45,283 nucleotides of DNA from an archaeon (lineage in GTDB: Archaea; Nanobdellota; Nanobdellia; Pacearchaeales; GW2011-AR1). Positions 40,190 to 45,283 of the stretch are shown here, in pieces. Both the position numbers and the translations under genes were made by a program. Location of the stretch: NCBI GenBank assembly GCA_037140195.1, contig JBAXEZ010000001.1, positions 1 to 45,283 on the forward strand, read 5' to 3'. The stretch's first letter is position 1. Every line of letters begins with the position of its first letter. Under the pieces are notes generated by a model. That model saw nothing but the letters and a program-made list of their open reading frames with translations, ran no database searches and had not been told where the DNA came from.

Positions 40190-40849
40190 TTATTCTCCAA
40201 CCTCTAAAATTTCTTCTTCACTATCGTTCTCTTTTCCCTCGCTCTTCAAAAGATTTCGTTTCTGTACACTAAAATATTCGTAAAACTCTTCGGATAAAGT
40301 CAAATCATTTGTATGTCCTGCTTTTTTAGACTGCAATAACCCTAACTCAATAAACTTTGCAATATGGTCATAGGCTTTGTTTCCTCTAATTTTGATAACG
40401 ACTGATTGTTTTATTGGTTGCTTATATGCAATTACTGCTAAAGTTTCCTGTTCAGACTTAGTAAACTCAGTATTTCCTGTTGCTAATTTATTAACCATAT
40501 AGGTATATTTTTCCGCAACGTCCATCTTCCAAGAATTATTTCTATTAACCAAAACAATCGCACTCTTAGCATATTTTCTTTCCAGTTTGTTCAAAATTTC
40601 TTTGAGCATAATTGGATTAACATCGGTCAACATAATTAGCTCTTGTAAATTTAAGAATCTTCCAGCAATAAAAAGTGCCGCTTCGACTTTTTCTTCATTT
40701 TCTTTTTCTTTTTCTTCAAAGACATTATCTAGCTCTCCGGCTGTTTCGTGCGTAATCACTGACTCTCTCTTGTGGATTTGTTCCTCTTGGACTTCTCCAG
40801 TTTGTCCACTTTGAGATTCTTCTTCAAGAATAATCTTATCTTCTTCCAT
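40190..40849 (-). CDS. scpB: segregation and condensation protein B (ScpB) with an acidic N-terminal extension
   Basis: VEAALFIAGRFLNLQEL...FTKSEQETLAVIAYKQPIKQSVVIKIRG...FIELGLL. Confidence 0.85.
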   Translation of the reverse strand: MEEDKIILEEESQSGQTGEVQEEQIHKRESVITHETAGELDNVFEEKEKENEEKVEAALFIAGRFLNLQELIMLTDVNPIMLKEILNKLERKYAKSAIVLVNRNNSWKMDVAEKYTYMVNKLATGNTEFTKSEQETLAVIAYKQPIKQSVVIKIRGNKAYDHIAKFIELGLLQSKKAGHTNDLTLSEEFYEYFSVQKRNLLKSEGKENDSEEEILEVGE

Positions 40850-40973
40850 AACTTGCTAAAGAATTGGGCGTTTAATAAGCTTTTTGAAGTCAATGAATAC
40901 TCTCTATTTTCACTACCTCTATGTGCTATAAAACTGCCACAAGCTTTATATTCTATTTTTAACACATTTTTTT

Positions 40974-41282
40974 ATGGCATCCACCTTGGACGACAGATTA
41001 GGCAAACATGAAGTATTCACACAAATAGTTGGAAGAGCTCCATTCGGAGGTCAATTCTCAGGGGACGTTCCAGAATTCGAAATCAAACCAGAAGACAAAG
41101 ACAAAGTATACTCTTTAGTAAAAAGAATGCAAAAATGCTATTCAGATAAACCTGCAACATATCCGGTTAAAGTATATTATTCTGGCCGTTTTACTGAAAT
41201 CGACCAGGCTTTTGTTTCTAATGATCCTAAAGTGTTCAAAGAAGCAGTTCGTGGATTAATGGTAGCTATTGATTGCGAGTAA
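40974..41282 (+). CDS. hypothetical protein
   Basis: 102-aa ORF. No motif recognised. Confidence 0.45.
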   Translation: MASTLDDRLGKHEVFTQIVGRAPFGGQFSGDVPEFEIKPEDKDKVYSLVKRMQKCYSDKPATYPVKVYYSGRFTEIDQAFVSNDPKVFKEAVRGLMVAIDCE

Positions 41283-41449
41283 TTCTTCTCTCTTGATTTA
41301 CTAGATGTTATCTATTTTTATTTTCTAATTCCTCTTGTCGTAAATCTTTCTGAAATAGTGTCATTTTAAAATAACAACAAAAACGTAAGGTTTAAATACT
41401 AATTTATACATAAGATATGTATAAATAATTACTATAAAATGATAACAAA

Positions 41450-42196
41450 ATGAAAAAAACATTACTTTCCATCGCATTGGCAGGATTAAACGCAGTTTCC
41501 TCTTCAGCTAGTCCATTGGAATTAAATAAATCATTTATGGAAAAATATACTTGTTCAGTTAATACTAATGAAATTGGAATAGTGTCTAAATTTGCACAAA
41601 AAGAAATACCTATAAAAGAAGGATATAGTATCTTGGCAAATGCAAGCACTAGCTCCAATCCAAGAACAAATATCTTGAGAAGAATGGTTGGATTCGAAAT
41701 TGACGATGGCACTACAAAAGTTTACATTTGCGATGATGGCGCAGATGGGACTAGTGATAAAGACTTTATGGGGGTGCATCACAAATTTAGTAACGGTAAT
41801 AATTTATTTTTTACCTTGGGTTATCTTGGGAAAAATGATTATCATGTTTATGGCGGGATGGAAAGTGAAACAAATCAAATAGCTTATTTCAATATTAACA
41901 CTTCTGACTTAAATCCATTAATTGGTTTACTAATAAAGAACAAAATAAGACCATTAGTTTCATTTGGTCAGCAGTTGTATAATAATTTGGTTGAATCAAC
42001 AATTGAACAAAAACAACCAGAATTACCATATGAGGATGTAAAAACTGCCTTTCACGAAGTTGAAAGTTGTCTATCTAACAGCGACACTACTGGTAAATTA
42101 GAATCTGGACTTTTAAAATTAAGCAATAAATATCTAGACATTGCTAAACAAAGATCAAACGCATTAAAAGGAGAGGGGACAAATGATGGAAAATAA
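41450..42196 (+). CDS. secreted hypothetical protein
   Basis: Signal peptide MKKTLLSIALAGLNAVSSSAS. First gene of the five-gene operon. Confidence 0.55.
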   Translation: MKKTLLSIALAGLNAVSSSASPLELNKSFMEKYTCSVNTNEIGIVSKFAQKEIPIKEGYSILANASTSSNPRTNILRRMVGFEIDDGTTKVYICDDGADGTSDKDFMGVHHKFSNGNNLFFTLGYLGKNDYHVYGGMESETNQIAYFNINTSDLNPLIGLLIKNKIRPLVSFGQQLYNNLVESTIEQKQPELPYEDVKTAFHEVESCLSNSDTTGKLESGLLKLSNKYLDIAKQRSNALKGEGTNDGK

Positions 42197-42332
42197 AAAA
42201 TTCGTAATAACAAAGAAAATTGCAAAGCACGGAAGCCAATCAATTATAGTTATACCTAGAATTCTAGAACAACATCTTAAGCCAGGAACAATTATTCAAA
42301 TAAATATTGAAGTTTTACCAGGAGCTGAATAA
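42183..42332 (+). CDS. SpoVT/AbrB-like small DNA-binding protein (49 aa), not in the supplied ORF track
   Basis: Own translation: MMENKKFVITKKIAKHGSQSIIVIPRILEQHLKPGTIIQINIEVLPGAE. It fits the AbrB/MazE swapped-hairpin pattern (K.G.S..v.IP+.i...l..G..v.i). Overlaps the upstream stop by 14 nt, with a 1-nt gap to the next ATG. Confidence 0.5.
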   Translation: MMENKKFVITKKIAKHGSQSIIVIPRILEQHLKPGTIIQINIEVLPGAE

Positions 42333-42333
42333 A

Positions 42334-42843
42334 ATGAATGAAGAATTGGAAACTATTCTTGAATCAAAAGATACTCCTACTGTTTCAGAGAAATCTCTTG
42401 GCAAAAGAATTGCCGACGCTTATTTTGAACCAAAATCATTCGAGAAATGGAAAAACGGAAAATTTTACGAATTACTCGGTGTTAAATATGTGCAAAAATT
42501 AGTAATGGGTACAGTAATGGGTACAATAGGAAGAAAAAAAAGAGAAGCTGGGCGAGACTATTATACTTCCAATTATTTTATCGGTAAGTCATTGAATGAT
42601 AATGCATTTAGAAAATTCGAGCTTGAAACACGGTTTAACGAGAAGGTACATGCAGTTGCAGCGAATGTATTTGCATTATTTTCTATGGTTTATTTAGAAA
42701 TAGGAGACCATTACACTGCAGCATTTTCTGCTGGGGCAACGATGTTCAATAGCTCTCTTTGTATGCTCCAAAGATACAATAGAGCAAGAGTTTGTAATGT
42801 CCTAGAAAAAAGATACGGAAAAGAAAACGGAGGAAAAAATTAA
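42334..42843 (+). CDS. membrane protein of the CrtO-like (glycosyl-4,4'-diaponeurosporenoate acyltransferase-like) family
   Basis: FEPKSFEKWKNGKFYELLGVKY, ELETRFNEKVH and MLQRYNRARV parallel S. aureus CrtO (FNFEKHGKFW..., ETKRAELIHW, VQRYNRPRL). ATG at 42334 is preferred over the TTG at 42307. Confidence 0.45.
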   Translation: MNEELETILESKDTPTVSEKSLGKRIADAYFEPKSFEKWKNGKFYELLGVKYVQKLVMGTVMGTIGRKKREAGRDYYTSNYFIGKSLNDNAFRKFELETRFNEKVHAVAANVFALFSMVYLEIGDHYTAAFSAGATMFNSSLCMLQRYNRARVCNVLEKRYGKENGGKN

Positions 42844-42844
42844 A

Positions 42845-43294
42845 ATGACCCTCAAAGAAAAACTTTTAGACCTTGAAACAAGGCTGATTGGAAATAGGTT
42901 TAGTATTTTGGGAGAGTCTTTGCTTTTGGGAGGATACGGGGCATTTGCTAATGAAGTTTTAAATAATATTTCTCGTGATAACTATTCTGGGATTATTCCT
43001 GCAATCGGTTTTTGTGGATTAGCATTTGTAGGCGCATGTCTTACTGGGTATACCGAGTTTGGAAGAACTACTAAAAAGATATACCGCCGAACAAAAGAAC
43101 ACTTGGGAAAGTTCGGAAAATTAGACAAAGATTTTTTCTCTACTTGCTTAAAAACAGAGGCTGATAAAAGATATACGGGATACTGCCAACTTCAAGGAAT
43201 GTATCTTGCTTGCAGAGATTACGCTCCAGAACTTCTTCCAGAATTTTATCAACTAAAAAAACAGAATACTAAAAATATTCTTCCTAATTTTTAA
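42845..43294 (+). CDS. two-TM membrane protein
   Basis: ILGESLLLGGYGAFA and IIPAIGFCGLAFVGACLTGY. Confidence 0.5.
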   Translation: MTLKEKLLDLETRLIGNRFSILGESLLLGGYGAFANEVLNNISRDNYSGIIPAIGFCGLAFVGACLTGYTEFGRTTKKIYRRTKEHLGKFGKLDKDFFSTCLKTEADKRYTGYCQLQGMYLACRDYAPELLPEFYQLKKQNTKNILPNF

Positions 43295-43295
43295 A

Positions 43296-45134
43296 ATGAT
43301 AACTCAAACCGAACAAAGAAATCAAGTAAGCAATCTTAGCACTGCCGATCTGCAAGAAATAAGTTGTAGAGGATATAGCATAGTTGAAGAAGTCGGAGAA
43401 GGACAAACAAGAAAAGCATTCAGAGTTAAAGTTGGAAAGGGAAATGTTTCTAAAACTGCAATTATGAAAATTCCTACAAAAGAAGTCAATGAAAATTCAG
43501 TCTGCACTATGATTAATAAAAGCAAAGGAAATTTAGACTTAAGAGAAGTTAATATTGCGAATGAATTAGTTCATCCAAACATCATAAGAATTTTAGATAG
43601 CTTTCAGTTAGATGACGGTAGAACTGTAAATGTTGAAGATGATATTCAAGCAACGGATTTAGAAACACTAGTAAAAACTGCCGGAGCAATAAAAGATCCT
43701 AAAGTATTAAATAGAATTGGAACACAATTACTCGATGCTAGCGCATATGCACATGAGAAAGGAATTTTACATAGAGATATCAAACCATCCAATTTTTATA
43801 TGCAAAGAGACGGAAGAGGAATGCTTGGCGATTGGCAAACTGCCGCAAAGATTTCTACAATTGAAGATTTGGTTATGCCAACAAGGGGCGGAACACAGCA
43901 CACATATCCGGGTTTACTTAATGCAGTTTTAACTGGAAGACCAACACGTGCAACAAAAAGAACTGATATCTATTCAGCAGCAACTACTTTATATTATGCG
44001 CTAACTGGCGAAGATGCTTTCAAATATAAAATTGTTCAAGATGAAAATGGAAAAGAAATAACTGTTGGAAATAAAAAGATAAAAGTAAAACTCCAATCTG
44101 GAAAACAATTTGGTGAAGAAGAATGTATTACTCCGCAAATGCACGCAGCTAATGTAAAGTCTGCAGTAGGAAAACTTCCAGCTAGATATAGATCTTTTTT
44201 CAGCAGAGCATTATTAATGAATTCAAAAAATACTTTCTACAGTGCTGAAGAAGCGATGGAATCTTGGCAAAAGATACATGACAATCCCTGGGGAAAATTA
44301 AGAGAGAATATTATTACTGGTGTAAAGTATGTTCTTCCAGCAATCGCAGCTTCGGGAATAACTGCTCTAGCAATTTATGGTATTGCAACAAACGATCGAG
44401 AAGTAAAACCTACCTTGCAAGATATTATGAGAAGAGTAGACTATTCCAATTTTAGTTTGGATTCCGAGCTGAATCCGAATTCTTTTGACTGGCGTTTCAA
44501 TTCAGAATCAATTGTACCTCTTTTAGAACAAGCAAGAGGAAAACTGGGATCTTCTGAATTGGCTATCGAAAAAGATACTGGTATGTACATGAAAAAATTA
44601 CTCGACTTCGCAAGAAACTCTCATCTAATGGACAAACGTTTAGTTTCTTCTTGGGCACGAGCTTGCTATTTAAATTCAGACCAGATGAATGTAAAAGAAT
44701 ATGAGTCCGGTGATGCAAAAATAATAAGTAAATTCTTGGTTCCTGAAAGATTTGTACAAGTAAATAGTGTACTCCACAATTCATTTATTTCAGATTCTAC
44801 TGCAATGGCATATGGAATAATGTACTTAAAGCAAAATCTTGGTCAGAATAAAACAGTAGCTGATGTTTTTACAGATTATTTTTGTTCAAGAGAAGAAGTA
44901 ATCACTGCAAAAATGAGAACACACAGTCAAGAATATTTAGCTACTTCAGATTTACAAGATCGCACAATTCACGTAGGTTACAGTAGAATGTTAGATCCTA
45001 GAAAAGAAAAAATAATAAGCACTGCAATAGGTTTGTATTCAATAACGGATGAAGAGGGAAACTTAAATTGGGATAAAGTTCCAAAAAGAAATTGTCCCCA
45101 AAGCAGTTATTCTTTACCAATTCCTCCACTCTAA
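43296..45134 (+). CDS. transmembrane Hanks-type Ser/Thr protein kinase with an unassigned ~250-aa C-terminal (probably extracytoplasmic) domain
   Basis: G-loop-like VGEGQTRKAF, Lys in TAIMKIP, catalytic loop ILHRDIKPSNF, GDW in place of DFG, and a TM helix YVLPAIAASGITALAIYGIA (approx aa 344-364). Confidence 0.75.
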   Translation: MITQTEQRNQVSNLSTADLQEISCRGYSIVEEVGEGQTRKAFRVKVGKGNVSKTAIMKIPTKEVNENSVCTMINKSKGNLDLREVNIANELVHPNIIRILDSFQLDDGRTVNVEDDIQATDLETLVKTAGAIKDPKVLNRIGTQLLDASAYAHEKGILHRDIKPSNFYMQRDGRGMLGDWQTAAKISTIEDLVMPTRGGTQHTYPGLLNAVLTGRPTRATKRTDIYSAATTLYYALTGEDAFKYKIVQDENGKEITVGNKKIKVKLQSGKQFGEEECITPQMHAANVKSAVGKLPARYRSFFSRALLMNSKNTFYSAEEAMESWQKIHDNPWGKLRENIITGVKYVLPAIAASGITALAIYGIATNDREVKPTLQDIMRRVDYSNFSLDSELNPNSFDWRFNSESIVPLLEQARGKLGSSELAIEKDTGMYMKKLLDFARNSHLMDKRLVSSWARACYLNSDQMNVKEYESGDAKIISKFLVPERFVQVNSVLHNSFISDSTAMAYGIMYLKQNLGQNKTVADVFTDYFCSREEVITAKMRTHSQEYLATSDLQDRTIHVGYSRMLDPRKEKIISTAIGLYSITDEEGNLNWDKVPKRNCPQSSYSLPIPPL

Positions 45135-45138
45135 TTGA

Positions 45139-45282
45139 CTAAATAAGTAAACCTGCGAGTGGCGAGGCACATAAATAAAATCCTCTAATGGCATTCATGA
45201 GATGATGAACCACTATAGGATTTGATTTTTTAAGATCGTTATATGCATTCATATATTCTTGTTGTTCATATTGAATTAATTT
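45139..45282 (-). CDS. hypothetical protein, C-terminal 47 aa only (ORF enters from the right edge)
   Basis: Own translation of the minus strand: KLIQYEQQEYMNAYNDLKKSNPIVVHHLMNAIRGFYLCASPLAGLLI*, with the stop at 45139-45141. Confidence 0.3.
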   Translation of the reverse strand, partial: KLIQYEQQEYMNAYNDLKKSNPIVVHHLMNAIRGFYLCASPLAGLLI

Positions 45283-45283
45283 T

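Noticed and set aside
41404-41782. Minus-strand ORFs 41404..41712 and 41555..41782, antisense to the secreted-protein gene
   Set aside because: They are antisense shadows with no motifs, and the plus-strand ORF has a clear signal peptide and operon context.
1-45283. Mobile-element genes, rRNA, CRISPR arrays, or an alternative genetic code
   Set aside because: I found no integrase, transposase or Cas-like ORFs and no repeat-spacer arrays. TAA, TAG and TGA all terminate well-supported genes (for example TGA at 5532-5534), so there is no evidence for stop-codon reassignment.

Overview
This is an AT-rich archaeal chromosomal segment. The compact gene spacing, mostly leaderless-looking genes and the many lineage-specific small proteins suggest a DPANN-type archaeon; that lineage call is inference only. 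Core information-processing genes are clear:
- exosome operon rrp4-rrp41-rrp42 followed by rpoK
- the conserved PIN(Fcf1-like)-rpoE'-spt4-S24e-S27ae cluster
- archaeal UMP kinase, RNase P p30-like protein, Dph2, Cbf5, MCM, an RPA32-like OB-fold protein and ScpB
- an MBF1-like zinc-ribbon/HTH protein
- one tRNA-Trp(CCA) with a short intron

Between these lie accessory genes: a RelE/antitoxin pair, an FTR-like/thioredoxin/rubredoxin-like redox trio, a Tat-signal DUF1501 protein of bacterial type, four divergent HExxH zincin-like proteins, several glycine-zipper membrane proteins, a processive GT2 synthase and a transmembrane Hanks-type kinase. No CRISPR array, rRNA, integrase or transposase was seen.

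Best candidates for undescribed biology:
1. A five-gene, translationally coupled operon at 41450-45134: secreted protein, unannotated AbrB-like micro-ORF, CrtO-like membrane protein, 2-TM protein, TM kinase.
2. A three-gene operon at 12024-13909 whose last two genes share an N-terminal module and a 23-nt identical start region.
3. A zincin/membrane/PRTase trio at 18668-20899.
4. A 16-nt duplication of the tRNA-Trp 3' end, 120 nt downstream of the gene.
5. Recurrent structured intergenic elements, including a promoter-bearing direct repeat flanking about 105 nt of hairpins at 38084-38247.

All family assignments come from reading motifs by eye; no database search was run.
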